From: an uncultured delta proteobacterium
GTDB taxonomy: Bacteria; Desulfobacterota; Binatia; UBA9968
Length of the DNA stretch: 64,000 bases
NCBI GenBank assembly: GCA_963745835.1
Contig: CAVUZH010000016.1
Coordinates: forward strand, 128,001-192,000
Direction of reading: 5' to 3'
Shown here piece by piece: positions 9,480-18,668 of this stretch; the stretch's first letter is position 1; every line of letters starts with the position of its first letter. A program made the position numbers and the translations under genes. The notes under the pieces were generated by a model, which made no database searches, was not told the origin of the DNA, and was given only the letters and a program-made list of their open reading frames with translations.

Positions 9480-10424
9480 TTGGCAACGTTAAACGGCGCT
9501 GGGTCCATCCTGGATCTGATCGGCTCCACACCCGTCCTCAAACTGAAAAACTTACCCGGCAAAGATGACGCCGAGGTTTGGGCAAAGTTGGAGGCGTTCA
9601 ATCCGGGCGGGTCGGTGAAGGATCGCATCTGTTCAAACATGATTGAAACCGCGGAACGTGAAGGTAAGCTGAAACCGGGGTCAACGATCGTCGAGCCGAC
9701 TAGTGGTAACACCGGTATCGGTCTAGCATTGGTTGCAGCCGTGAAGGGCTATCGTTTGGTTTTGACCATGCCAGATACCATGAGCGAAGAACGTCGCAGC
9801 TTGTTGGCCGCTTATGGAGCGCGTTTAATTCTTACTCCAGATACTAAGGGAATGGGCGGGGCTATTCACAAGGCCGAAGAACTCGTGCAAGAAAACAGTG
9901 ACTACTTCATGCCCCAGCAATTCAACAACCCGGCCAATCCCGAAAGTCATCGCCGGACGACGGCGATTGAACTGCTAAAACAATTCAAACGGATTGATGC
10001 TTTTGTCGCCGGGGTCGGCACAGGGGGTACGATCACCGGAGTCGGTGAAGTACTGAAAGACCGTTTTAAAGGTGTGAAAGTTTGCGCCGTCGAGCCGGCG
10101 TCGTCGCCGGTGATTTCCGGCGGGGAGCCGGGTTATCATAAAATTCAGGGAATCGGCGCCGGTTTCATACCGGCGGTTCTGAATCGTCAAGTTATCGACG
10201 AAATCATTCCGGTCAGTGATACGGACGCGATCAATTTTACACGCCGTTTGGCGTCTGAAGAAGGTCTTCTCGTGGGCATTTCTTCGGGCGCGGCTTGTAG
10301 TGCCGCGCTCCGCGTCGCCAAGACATTGGGAAAAGGGCAGATTGTCGTTACCGTCTTCGCGGATAAAGGAGAACACTATCTGAGCACAGATTTGTTCGGG
10401 GAGAAGCGGTGGACGCAAAATTAA
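9480..10424 (+). CDS. cysK: Cysteine synthase A (O-acetylserine sulfhydrylase)
   Basis: [36 protein letters not shown]; start placed at TTG 9480 (uncertain) because the ORF-track start overlaps the promoter. Confidence 0.93.
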   Translation: MATLNGAGSILDLIGSTPVLKLKNLPGKDDAEVWAKLEAFNPGGSVKDRICSNMIETAEREGKLKPGSTIVEPTSGNTGIGLALVAAVKGYRLVLTMPDTMSEERRSLLAAYGARLILTPDTKGMGGAIHKAEELVQENSDYFMPQQFNNPANPESHRRTTAIELLKQFKRIDAFVAGVGTGGTITGVGEVLKDRFKGVKVCAVEPASSPVISGGEPGYHKIQGIGAGFIPAVLNRQVIDEIIPVSDTDAINFTRRLASEEGLLVGISSGAACSAALRVAKTLGKGQIVVTVFADKGEHYLSTDLFGEKRWTQN

Positions 10425-11218
10425 ATTATCTAGAAACTTTACTAAGTAACACGAACGGCGCAATCGTAGCGTTTTCTGCCGGCGTCGACTCGACGTTTTT
10501 GCTGAAGATCGCCTATTCTGTCCTAGGGGAGCGCGCCGTCGCCTTGACCGCAGCATCGCCCACAGTGCCGCCGGGTGAATTCGAAGCTGCGAAGGAGTTT
10601 GCCAAAACGCTCAACTGTCGCCACATCGTTATCGAGTCCAATGAATTGGCCAATCCTTCATTCGCCCAAAATCCTTCCAACCGGTGCTTCTTCTGCAAGG
10701 ACGAGCTTTACCGACTTTGTCGAGATCAGGCGGAAAAACTAAACATTCCGGTAATTGTCGACGGTACCAATCTCGACGATTTGAAGGACCATCGCCCCGG
10801 GTTGAAAGCGGCCAAAGATTGGGGCATCCGTCATCCATTGGTAGAAGCGGAGATGACTAAAGAGGATATTAGACGCTATAGCCGAGCGCTTGATCTGCCC
10901 ACCTGGGACAAACCCTCGAGCCCTTGCCTTTCATCTCGTTTTCCATACGGGACCGAGATAAATCTCGAACGGCTGCGAAAAATCGGCGCCTGCGAGGTCT
11001 ACTTGAAGGAACTCCGTTTTCGCGAGTTCCGGGTGCGCTATCATGGAGACCTAGCGCGCATCGAGTTGTCGGCACAGGAGATCGACCGATTCTTTGATGA
11101 GGCAACGCGACAAGCCGTGGTAAAAAAATTTAAAGAGATCGGTTTCAACTATGTGAGCCTTGATTTACAAGGCTATCGCACGGGAAGTATGAACGAAACT
11201 CTGGCAAAAGCTATTTAG
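10409..11218 (+). CDS. larE: LarE-family ATP-dependent sulfur transferase
   Basis: PP-loop SAGVDS, RCFFCK, DGTNLDD...[17 protein letters not shown]. Confidence 0.92.
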   Translation: MDAKLNYLETLLSNTNGAIVAFSAGVDSTFLLKIAYSVLGERAVALTAASPTVPPGEFEAAKEFAKTLNCRHIVIESNELANPSFAQNPSNRCFFCKDELYRLCRDQAEKLNIPVIVDGTNLDDLKDHRPGLKAAKDWGIRHPLVEAEMTKEDIRRYSRALDLPTWDKPSSPCLSSRFPYGTEINLERLRKIGACEVYLKELRFREFRVRYHGDLARIELSAQEIDRFFDEATRQAVVKKFKEIGFNYVSLDLQGYRTGSMNETLAKAI

Positions 11219-11909
11219 TCGACCTGCCGCTCGCAACTAGCGCCTCGGCGAAAAGCAAGTCTTCCGGCAACGTGATCTTGATATTAGTTCGTTCTCCGTC
11301 GATCAAATACACCGGTTTTCCCAAACGCTCCACCAGGCTAGCATCGTCGGTTGCGTCTTGATCGTTCGCAGCTTGATGGGCTTCAAGAATTAAGTTTCGT
11401 TCAAACGCCTGTGGCGTTTGAATTTCCCATAAGCAATCGCGGGGTGGAGTCGAGATTATTTGCCGATCTTCGGAAATCACTTTGATGGTATCCCGCACCG
11501 GCACACCCACCACAACTGCCTTTCGCGTCGGCACCTCTTCGATGACACGGTCGATCAGCTCGGCAGAGACAAACGGCCGTGCTCCATCATGGATAACCAC
11601 CATGTCGCACTCAGAAGAAACTTTTTTCAGCCCGCGGTTGACAGATTGTTGCCGGCTCGATCCGCCGGTCTGTAGGATCCATGATTGCTTGCGCGCCTGT
11701 GGGTCACTGCCTAGCAAGGATCGACAGCGTTCCAAATCCCGTTTGGCAATCACAACGATCAAATTGTTGACTCTCTTGGCGCGAAAAAATTGGTCCACCG
11801 TCCGAAGCAAAAGAGCGCGGCCGCCAATCGGAAGAAATACCTTGCTTATGCCGGCTCCTACCCGGCGTCCTTCTCCTGCCGCAACTATAATTGCTGTCGC
11901 ATTCACCAT
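11211..11909 (-). CDS. ispD: 2-C-methyl-D-erythritol 4-phosphate cytidylyltransferase
   Basis: AAGEGRR, GGSSRQQSV, HDGARPF, QTPQAF, NIKIT. Confidence 0.96.
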   Translation of the reverse strand: MVNATAIIVAAGEGRRVGAGISKVFLPIGGRALLLRTVDQFFRAKRVNNLIVVIAKRDLERCRSLLGSDPQARKQSWILQTGGSSRQQSVNRGLKKVSSECDMVVIHDGARPFVSAELIDRVIEEVPTRKAVVVGVPVRDTIKVISEDRQIISTPPRDCLWEIQTPQAFERNLILEAHQAANDQDATDDASLVERLGKPVYLIDGERTNIKITLPEDLLFAEALVASGRSTK

Positions 11910-11919
11910 GGTCCAGCGA

Positions 11920-11962
11920 AAAACAAAAGAGCCGAGAGGTTGACTCTCGGCTCTTTTGTTTT
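11920..11962. terminator. Bidirectional intrinsic terminator between carD and ispD
   Basis: Perfect 19-bp inverted repeat AAAACAAAAGAGCCGAGAG with 5-nt loop; T-rich tail on both strands. Confidence 0.85.
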
Positions 11963-11982
11963 ACACCATCAAACTCTAGGTC

Positions 11983-12465
11983 TTAATGAGTGAAGATATG
12001 GCGCAACTCTTCAAGAATTTTTTCCTCGGAGTGAGAGCGCGCGATTGAAAGTTCTTTCACCAGAAGATTACGCGCCGTATCCAACATCTTTCTTTCACCA
12101 AAAGATAATTCTTTATCGCCCTTAAGCACAAAGAGGTCCCGCAATACCTTAGCTATCTCGAGAATCGAACCCGTTTTGATCTTTTCCGTGTATTCACGAT
12201 AACGCCGATTCCATGTTTGTTGATCCGTTTCGACTTTTTTCTGGCGCAAGACTTTGTAGACCTTCGAAACCATGGCGCGATCGATAACCTTTCGTAATCC
12301 CACGGAATCTACATTTTCGATGGGGATCATAATCTTCATGTCGGTTTCCAGTATTCGAAGCATGTAGAATTTCCTTTCACTTCCGGAAATAACATGGATT
12401 CGAATGGCCTCGATCTCTCCCACTCCATGAGCGGGATAAACTACTTTTTCGCCAACCTTAAACAT
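11983..12465 (-). CDS. carD: CarD/CdnL RNA polymerase-binding transcription factor
   Basis: FKVGEKVVYPAHGVG, WNRRYRE, KELSFGE; upstream of ispD; GGAGG RBS. Confidence 0.95.
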   Translation of the reverse strand: MFKVGEKVVYPAHGVGEIEAIRIHVISGSERKFYMLRILETDMKIMIPIENVDSVGLRKVIDRAMVSKVYKVLRQKKVETDQQTWNRRYREYTEKIKTGSILEIAKVLRDLFVLKGDKELSFGERKMLDTARNLLVKELSIARSHSEEKILEELRHIFTH

Positions 12466-12711
12466 AGTGACCTCCTCGTGAACGATAGCGTATAGGGCAT
12501 CTCTTCGAGCTTAGGCGGATTTGTAAGGGAACGGAGACGGGAGCTGAAGTTGAAAGGAGTAAAGAGTTGAAGCGGATTTGATTGCAGAAACAGCTAGGAT
12601 GGGATCGGCGGCTGCTTCTTATTAACATTCGATATACCGTTTCATATCTTCAAAGCCTTCAAATAGAATTGGCGGTCATGCTTTCGACCGCCAACTTACC
12701 GGCACACCTTA

Positions 12712-12741
12712 TTTATACAACAGAGCTCACAGCAGCGTCAA
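12712..12741 (-). promoter_or_regulatory. Putative carD promoter
   Basis: TTGACG-18 nt-TATAAA on the minus strand, about 250 nt before the ATG. Confidence 0.45.
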
Positions 12742-12846
12742 GAGAGCTCCATTATTTCCTAAAATGCCAAAAAAATCCGTATCTTACGCCCAAATATTAT
12801 GATCCGGAAGTTAAATAGCCGTGCCACGAAACCACGCTTCAGAGGC

Positions 12847-13269
12847 TTAGCGTAGTTCTAGAGCCATCACCAGCGCATCCTCTCCATTGTCAGAATAATA
12901 GCCTTTCCGCAGGCCTCGTATGACAAATCCGAAACTACGATAAAGATTTTGTGCTGGAGCATTAGAGAACCGAACGTCAAGGGTTACTCGAAGCCGTGCT
13001 TGGCGCCGCGCCGCATCCACCACCTGCTCAAGTAGAAGCCGCCCGATCCCTTGCCGGCGAAAATCAGGATGCACGGCGATGTTGTGGATATCTACTTCTT
13101 CAGGCAGGAACCAGAACAGAACATAACCAACAATGCGGCCTTCCACTTCGGCCAGAATGGAACGGGCGCAGTCCACCTGTAGTTCATCTAGAAAAAAGCG
13201 GGTGCTCCAGGGAAATTGAAAGGATGCCCTCTCTATGGCAATGACATTTTCTATATCTGCGGCGGTCAT
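12847..13269 (-). CDS. rimI: Ribosomal protein S18 alanine N-acetyltransferase
   Basis: IERASFQFPW, NIAVHP.FRRQGIG, RKGYY...EDALVM. Confidence 0.93.
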   Translation of the reverse strand: MTAADIENVIAIERASFQFPWSTRFFLDELQVDCARSILAEVEGRIVGYVLFWFLPEEVDIHNIAVHPDFRRQGIGRLLLEQVVDAARRQARLRVTLDVRFSNAPAQNLYRSFGFVIRGLRKGYYSDNGEDALVMALELR

Positions 13270-13299
13270 TGAACGAACTGAAGCGACCTTGCTCGACGC

Positions 13300-13334
13300 A
13301 AAAAAGCCACAGGCTACTTCACTATCCTGTGGCT
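13300..13334 (-). terminator. Intrinsic terminator after the ferredoxin fusion gene
   Basis: AGCCACAGG/CCTGTGGCT inverted repeat with a U-run on the minus strand. Confidence 0.65.
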
Positions 13335-13372
13335 CAGGCCGGTTAAGAGAAGTAGTTTGGCCAGACTTATCT

Positions 13373-14770
13373 TTACTGATAGGTAGCTCCCAAAGGAGTG
13401 CTTCGATCTTTTAACAAAAGGACTTCAAGCAGCTTATTTTCGAACTTATGCGCAAATCCAACAATTCGACCCTGCAGTGGAATTACGGTAGTAAATTCCG
13501 GCGGAAACGCGCCCACACTGGAGGAGATCTTTCTGACCCGCTCGTCACTGCACCTGCCTCGAACTATAAATTGCCCACTTTTAAGGGCGAGATCATAATC
13601 ATAATCGGGCATTTCATCGGATATCTTTTGACGATCAGCAACTCCGATGTCGGGAAGCGATCGCGGAAACTCAAGTCGTAAGAGCAACGCCCCGCCTCGA
13701 TCTTCAACGGTATAAACATTGCCGTAGCGTCTTTCGCGTTCAAGCTTGTCAACGAAACCGCGGGAGTAAAAACCATCGACGGGAATCGGCAGATTGCGAA
13801 CCATACCAGTCTGCTTGGCCAACAAAGGTTGCAATAAAATGCCTAGCGGGATGCCGTAAATCGCCGCCGGTAACTTCATCTCTTCTGTAGGTTTGGCGTG
13901 AAAGATTCCATCTCTCAAGCGATAAATTCCCTCGATTAGCGCTAGGATAATACCAATAAAAACGAACATATTGATGTCTTGACTGAAGAGAACTGCCGGC
14001 CCCTTGACCACCGCGGCCAGTACCATCAGCACAATTGGGTATAACACCGCATTATGAAGGATGTTCAGACCCGTGGCGCCGGCAGCACTGAAAACAACAG
14101 GATTTTGTACCGCTGACTCCAGGCTTTTCTTCATCTTATGCGGTAACGCGCCGAGCACGGGTTGAGCCAATCCAATAAGCAAGCGTTTACTTCGGCTTAA
14201 CTTTCCACCCCGAAATTGCATTACAAGTTCGTCGAAGTCGTTCGGCAGTTCATCGGGAAAAATCTTTTTTGTCTTGGCTTCTCTCTTGGGCTCGGGCGCG
14301 GTTTTTGGCATTGATTTAACAACATTGGCCGGAGCGACCGCCGGCTTGGCCGCTGTGACAGCAGGAGGCGTCAATGGCTTCACCGATGGAATTGCCATGG
14401 CAGCGGCAGCCGTAACGGGTGCAGAAGGCGGCAGCGCACTTTTCTCAGATGCTTCAACGGCAGGAGCGACCTGAGCTCCATTGCCTTTGCGAAATCGTGA
14501 CTGGAAATCAGCGCCAAAACTGGTTTCCGGGTGGATCGCTTTGGCCCGAGCAATCAGAACTTCTTCGCTCTCTATATTATTGGGATCGGTTACACAGCAG
14601 TCGACTGGGCAGACAGCCGCGCAGGCTTCGAAATCATGAAACCCAACGCACTCCGTGCATAAAAGCGGGTCGATGACATAAATAGGATCACCCTGACTAA
14701 TCGCGTTGTTTGGACACTCAGGCTCGCAGGCCCCGCAGTTGATACACTCGCTGGTAATCGTTGTCGCCAT
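13373..14770 (-). CDS. YfhL-type 2[4Fe-4S] ferredoxin fused to an Ala/Pro linker, membrane segment and alpha-crystallin-like C-terminal domain
   Basis: CINCGACEPECP and CTECVG...CAAVCPVDCC; hydrophobic helices in the middle; C-terminal beta-strand pattern. Confidence 0.8.
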   Translation of the reverse strand: MATTITSECINCGACEPECPNNAISQGDPIYVIDPLLCTECVGFHDFEACAAVCPVDCCVTDPNNIESEEVLIARAKAIHPETSFGADFQSRFRKGNGAQVAPAVEASEKSALPPSAPVTAAAAMAIPSVKPLTPPAVTAAKPAVAPANVVKSMPKTAPEPKREAKTKKIFPDELPNDFDELVMQFRGGKLSRSKRLLIGLAQPVLGALPHKMKKSLESAVQNPVVFSAAGATGLNILHNAVLYPIVLMVLAAVVKGPAVLFSQDINMFVFIGIILALIEGIYRLRDGIFHAKPTEEMKLPAAIYGIPLGILLQPLLAKQTGMVRNLPIPVDGFYSRGFVDKLERERRYGNVYTVEDRGGALLLRLEFPRSLPDIGVADRQKISDEMPDYDYDLALKSGQFIVRGRCSDERVRKISSSVGAFPPEFTTVIPLQGRIVGFAHKFENKLLEVLLLKDRSTPLGATYQ

Positions 14771-14796
14771 TAAGAAAACTCCCGGATTTTGTTTTT

Positions 14797-14825
14797 TAAT
14801 TACGTGGTTAGCCTAGAGTTGTCAA
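14797..14825 (-). promoter_or_regulatory. Putative sigma70 promoter of the ferredoxin fusion gene
   Basis: TTGACA-17 nt-TAATTA. Confidence 0.45.
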
Positions 14826-14892
14826 TATAAACAGAAGATAGACAGAGACGTTCTTGCATGTAAGAGAAAGATCATGTTAGCTATCGCTTCAA

Positions 14893-14968
14893 GGCGGCGT
14901 ACCCAAGTGGTTAAGGGAGAGGTCTGCAAAACCTCGATGCAGCGGTTCGAATCCGCTCGCCGCCTCCA
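14893..14968 (+). tRNA. tRNA-Cys(GCA)
   Basis: Acceptor stem GGCGGCG/CGCCGCC, anticodon arm GAGGT-CTGCAAA-ACCTC, GGTTCGAATCC T-arm, U73 discriminator and encoded CCA; 76 nt. Confidence 0.98.
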
Positions 14969-15028
14969 GTGAGAATATCAGTTTCCCCTAAGCTTGTCTG
15001 CCTCCGTGCCGTAGGTTCACTCCGTCGA

Positions 15029-15298
15029 TCACGAACTGCCCGCCGTTTCATTCAACAGTTTATCCAATTCACCAGAGGTCTCTAAACTCAGCACATCGTC
15101 GTATCCGCCGATTGGCTTACCGTCGATAAATATTTGAGGGACAGTTCTCCGGCCTGATAACCGCTCCATATCGAGTCTGAGCTTTGGCTCTTCGGAGACA
15201 TCTATTTCGGTGAAATCTACCTTCTTTGCGGCAAACAACGACTTCGCTGCCCGACAATACGGACACCAGCTGGTTGTATACATGACCACTTGTGGCAT
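15029..15298 (-). CDS. grxC: Glutaredoxin 3
   Basis: CPYC, RTVPQIFI, IGGYDD; GGAGGAG RBS. Confidence 0.95.
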   Translation of the reverse strand: MPQVVMYTTSWCPYCRAAKSLFAAKKVDFTEIDVSEEPKLRLDMERLSGRRTVPQIFIDGKPIGGYDDVLSLETSGELDKLLNETAGSS

Positions 15299-15367
15299 AA
15301 ACTCCTCCCCTGAAATCCGATTCGGCTGTTCGTTGCAACCCCACGTCTATTTTGCCATTACTGTTGC

Positions 15368-15964
15368 GTGAAATTAATAGGCCTTACCGGCGGCATCGCT
15401 TCGGGGAAAAGCACCGTTTCAGCTATTCTTCGCCGACTTGACGCCCAAGTCATCGATGCCGATGCGCTTGCCCGCGAAGTTGTCGAGCCGCATCAGCCGG
15501 GCTGGAATGAGATCGTCGGTACTTTCGGTAAGGAAATCCTGCAGTCGGACCAAACACTGGATCGGAAAAAATTGAGAAAACTTGTCTTCGACGAGCCGAA
15601 AGCGCGAAAACAGCTGGAAGCCATTACCCATCCCAAGATTCGCCGATTGGCGCAGGAAAAAATTGCAGAGTGCGCTGCTACCGGAGCGCCTCTTGTGGTT
15701 TATGAAGCGCCGCTTTTATTTGAAACCGGGATTCATCTTTGGCTTCGCCCGGTCATTCTAGTGGCCTGCGACACTGCGGCTCAGAAACGGCGCCTCCGCC
15801 AGCGAGATAGTTTAACCGAAGCGGAAATTGAGCAACATCTCGGAGCTCAAATGAGCTTGGAGGAAAAACGAAAGCTGGCGGACTATGTGATCGACAACAA
15901 CGGTACCCTTGAGGATCTCGAGAGTACGGTGAAGAGGCTAGTCCAAACGATTCTCGCTACTTGA
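15368..15964 (+). CDS. coaE: Dephospho-CoA kinase
   Basis: IGLTGGIASGKST, DAD, LEAITHP, ADYVIDN. Confidence 0.96.
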   Translation: MKLIGLTGGIASGKSTVSAILRRLDAQVIDADALAREVVEPHQPGWNEIVGTFGKEILQSDQTLDRKKLRKLVFDEPKARKQLEAITHPKIRRLAQEKIAECAATGAPLVVYEAPLLFETGIHLWLRPVILVACDTAAQKRRLRQRDSLTEAEIEQHLGAQMSLEEKRKLADYVIDNNGTLEDLESTVKRLVQTILAT

Positions 15965-16517
15965 CCCGTTCCAGATAACTGCCCTCTGCGGGATCCACTC
16001 TCACTCTATCGCCGACTTGAACAAACGGCGGCACTTGAATCGTAACTCCGGTTTCGAGTTTCGCCGGTTTGTAGGACGCGCTGGCCGTAGCTCCTTTCAT
16101 CGAGGGTTCGGTATCGACGACTTCGAGATCCACGGTGGATGGCGGGCTGATCCCCACCGGCTTCCCATCGTACAATTCCACTTCTACCACATGGTTGGGC
16201 AGCAGAAACGATAGCAGGTCTCCGATATCATCGGCCGATAATGTCATCTGCTCATAGTTCTCAGTGTCCATGAAGGTGTGCATATCTCCTTCAGCATATA
16301 AATATTGCATCTGTCGAGTTTGCAAAATCGCCTGGTCGACACGATCTTCAGAGCGAAACTTGTATTCGGTACCTACACCCGTACGTAGGCTTTTCATTTT
16401 AGTCTGCATGAATCCCCGCTTGTTGCCGGGGGTCAGATGGTGCACCGCGGTGACGCGATAGAGATCATTTTCATGAACGATAATCATGCCGGGTCTTAAT
16501 TGAGTTGCTTGAATCAT
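15957..16517 (-). CDS. efp: Elongation factor P
   Basis: LRPGM, TPGNKRG loop, FMDTENYEQ, KPAKLETG, VPPF. Confidence 0.96.
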   Translation of the reverse strand: MIQATQLRPGMIIVHENDLYRVTAVHHLTPGNKRGFMQTKMKSLRTGVGTEYKFRSEDRVDQAILQTRQMQYLYAEGDMHTFMDTENYEQMTLSADDIGDLLSFLLPNHVVEVELYDGKPVGISPPSTVDLEVVDTEPSMKGATASASYKPAKLETGVTIQVPPFVQVGDRVRVDPAEGSYLERVK

Positions 16518-16597
16518 ATTAAACTTCCTTCCTTCGCCACCGCCGCTGTTGCTACCGGGGTGCTACGCTTCATCTATTGGTCTAGTTCACCCTATAA

Positions 16598-17857
16598 TCA
16601 TGCATACAAGCCGCGCCATAGCATGGCCCGCGCAACGCGATCGATGCCGATCATCAAAGCGGCTAGCCGCATTTCGACCTCTTGTTTCTGACTCATCTGC
16701 AGGACTTCGTGAAATGCTTTGACAAGAATATCCCGCAATTTTCTGGTAATCTCATCTTCAGTCCAAAAGAAATTTTGCAAGTCCTGCACCCATTCAAAGT
16801 ACGACACAACCACACCGCCGGCATTGGCCAAGATGTCGGGGATGACAAAGATGTCCTTGTCCCGCAGTTCTGCATCGGCTTCCGGCGTTGTGGGACCATT
16901 CGCTCCCTCTGCCAGGATGCGACACTGCAAACGTTGTGCATTTTCTTTGGTGATCTGCATTTCCAATGCAGCCGGAACTAGAATGTCACATTTAAGCTCC
17001 AAGAGTTCTGCATTGGAAATTTTCTGTCCGTACGGGAAAGCTTCAAGACTATGAGTTTGAGAGGCGATCTCGAGCAGTCTGGCTATCGGCAAACCGTTCG
17101 CGTTATAAAAGCCGCCCGTCCGATCTGCCACACCGATTATCCTCACGCCGATGTCATTGAGTTCCTTTACGACGACCGAGCCGACATTACCAAATCCTTG
17201 GACTGCCGCGGTGCATTTGCTGAGATCAATTCCTAGATGGTTAGCGGCTTCGATGATCGTGTATACAACACCACGACCGGTTGCTTCTCTTCGTCCCAAG
17301 GTACCGCCGATAGCGACCGGCTTCCCGGTGACTATTTCGGGAACTGCGTGGCCTTTGTGCTGCGAGTAAGTGTCCATAATCCAGGCCATGATCTGCTCGT
17401 TGGTTCCCATATCCGGCGCCGGCACATCGATCTCGGGGCCGATGAAGTTGAGGATTTCAGCAGTGTAACGCCTGGTCATGGATTGAAGCTCATTGGGTGA
17501 CAACTCGGCCGGGTCGCAGGCGATACCGCCCTTTGCTCCTCCGAGGGGAAGGCCCATAAGGGAGCATTTCCAAGTCATCCACATCGCCAAAGCGGAGACT
17601 TCGCCCAGGCTTACACTTGGGTGGTATCGGAGTCCTCCTTTGAACGGCCCCAAAACATCGTTGTGCTGCACTCGATAGCCGGTGAAAACATTGACCCTAC
17701 CATCGTCCATTCGGGTGGGCACACTGACAACCATGGCCCGGTCCGGCCTGCGCAATCGAACAGCAAGATTGGGATCAAGTCCCAGCTTGGCAGCGGCGAC
17801 ATCGAATTGTTGCACGGCCATGTCGCTGGTTTCATTGCGCCATTCAGTAGTCGTCAT
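16598..17857 (-). CDS. gdhA: Glu/Leu/Phe/Val dehydrogenase (probable glutamate dehydrogenase)
   Basis: GPFKGGLRYHP, GGAKGG, DVPAPDMGT, QGFGNVG, EGANGP, SYFEW. Confidence 0.92.
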   Translation of the reverse strand: MTTTEWRNETSDMAVQQFDVAAAKLGLDPNLAVRLRRPDRAMVVSVPTRMDDGRVNVFTGYRVQHNDVLGPFKGGLRYHPSVSLGEVSALAMWMTWKCSLMGLPLGGAKGGIACDPAELSPNELQSMTRRYTAEILNFIGPEIDVPAPDMGTNEQIMAWIMDTYSQHKGHAVPEIVTGKPVAIGGTLGRREATGRGVVYTIIEAANHLGIDLSKCTAAVQGFGNVGSVVVKELNDIGVRIIGVADRTGGFYNANGLPIARLLEIASQTHSLEAFPYGQKISNAELLELKCDILVPAALEMQITKENAQRLQCRILAEGANGPTTPEADAELRDKDIFVIPDILANAGGVVVSYFEWVQDLQNFFWTEDEITRKLRDILVKAFHEVLQMSQKQEVEMRLAALMIGIDRVARAMLWRGLYA

Positions 17858-17907
17858 ATAGTTTCGTTAGCTCCATGATATTTCTTTGTTAAAATCAGCG
17901 ACTCGCA

Positions 17908-18252
17908 CTATCCGGGAGGCCAGCCCATCTGACGGCCACCAAGCAGGTGGTAATGCAGGTGAAAAACGGTCTGACCGGCATCGGCGCCGCAATTGACGAC
18001 GATACGATAACCGCTTTTTGCGACTCCGAGCTGTTCGGCCAGCTTCCCGGCTGCGCGGAAAACTGCAGCAACTATCTTGTCGTCGTTCGGTGTTAAATCC
18101 GAAAGCATCGCGATATGCGCAGTCGGTATGATCAAAACATGAACCGGCGCTCTGGGCACGATGTCCTTGAAGGCGATCACGGTTTCATCGCGGTAGACGA
18201 CATCGGCTTTGATGCTGCCATTGACGATCCCGCAGAAGAGGCAATCACTCAT
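17908..18252 (-). CDS. Histidine triad nucleotide-binding protein (HinT-like)
   Basis: MSDCLFC start, HLHYH triad, WPPG C-terminus; start trimmed from the ORF track. Confidence 0.93.
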   Translation of the reverse strand: MSDCLFCGIVNGSIKADVVYRDETVIAFKDIVPRAPVHVLIIPTAHIAMLSDLTPNDDKIVAAVFRAAGKLAEQLGVAKSGYRIVVNCGADAGQTVFHLHYHLLGGRQMGWPPG

Positions 18253-18266
18253 ACTCGCGCTCCGGT

Positions 18267-18659
18267 TTATCTCGATCGAATCAAATCCCCGGCATCTGAG
18301 CATTTGGCAAAAATTTTCTCGCCTTCGATTTCCAGCGAGACACTCTGGAGCGCAAGACCGGCGCACGGGCCCCAGATACAGTCGCCGGTCTTGGGCTCGA
18401 ACACGGCGCCATGATTGGCGCACATCAGATAACGCCCATCGACCGAGAAGAACTGATTATCAACCCAATCCAATGTGATTCCGACATGAGGGCAACGGTT
18501 TCTATAAGCGAAGAATGTCCCCTCGTAATTGACGAGTAATGCTTCCAACTCGCGATCGCCGGACCGGATGGTAAATTTTTTACTGGCGCCATGAGCCAGT
18601 TCACCCACTTGGCCGACGAGTTTTCTTTTGCCGATCTTTTTTTCTTTGGCTGCAGTCAT
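18267..18659 (-). CDS. Rieske [2Fe-2S] ferredoxin
   Basis: CPH...CANH ligand motif. Confidence 0.9.
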   Translation of the reverse strand: MTAAKEKKIGKRKLVGQVGELAHGASKKFTIRSGDRELEALLVNYEGTFFAYRNRCPHVGITLDWVDNQFFSVDGRYLMCANHGAVFEPKTGDCIWGPCAGLALQSVSLEIEGEKIFAKCSDAGDLIRSR

Positions 18660-18668
18660 ACTGGCGCT

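Noticed and set aside
14280-14480. Low-complexity repeat-like DNA
   Set aside because: Encodes the Ala/Pro linker of the ferredoxin fusion; no true tandem repeat or CRISPR spacing
14969-15028. tRNA-Cys 3' end as an island integration site
   Set aside because: Followed directly by housekeeping genes; no integrase and no duplicate of the tRNA 3' end seen
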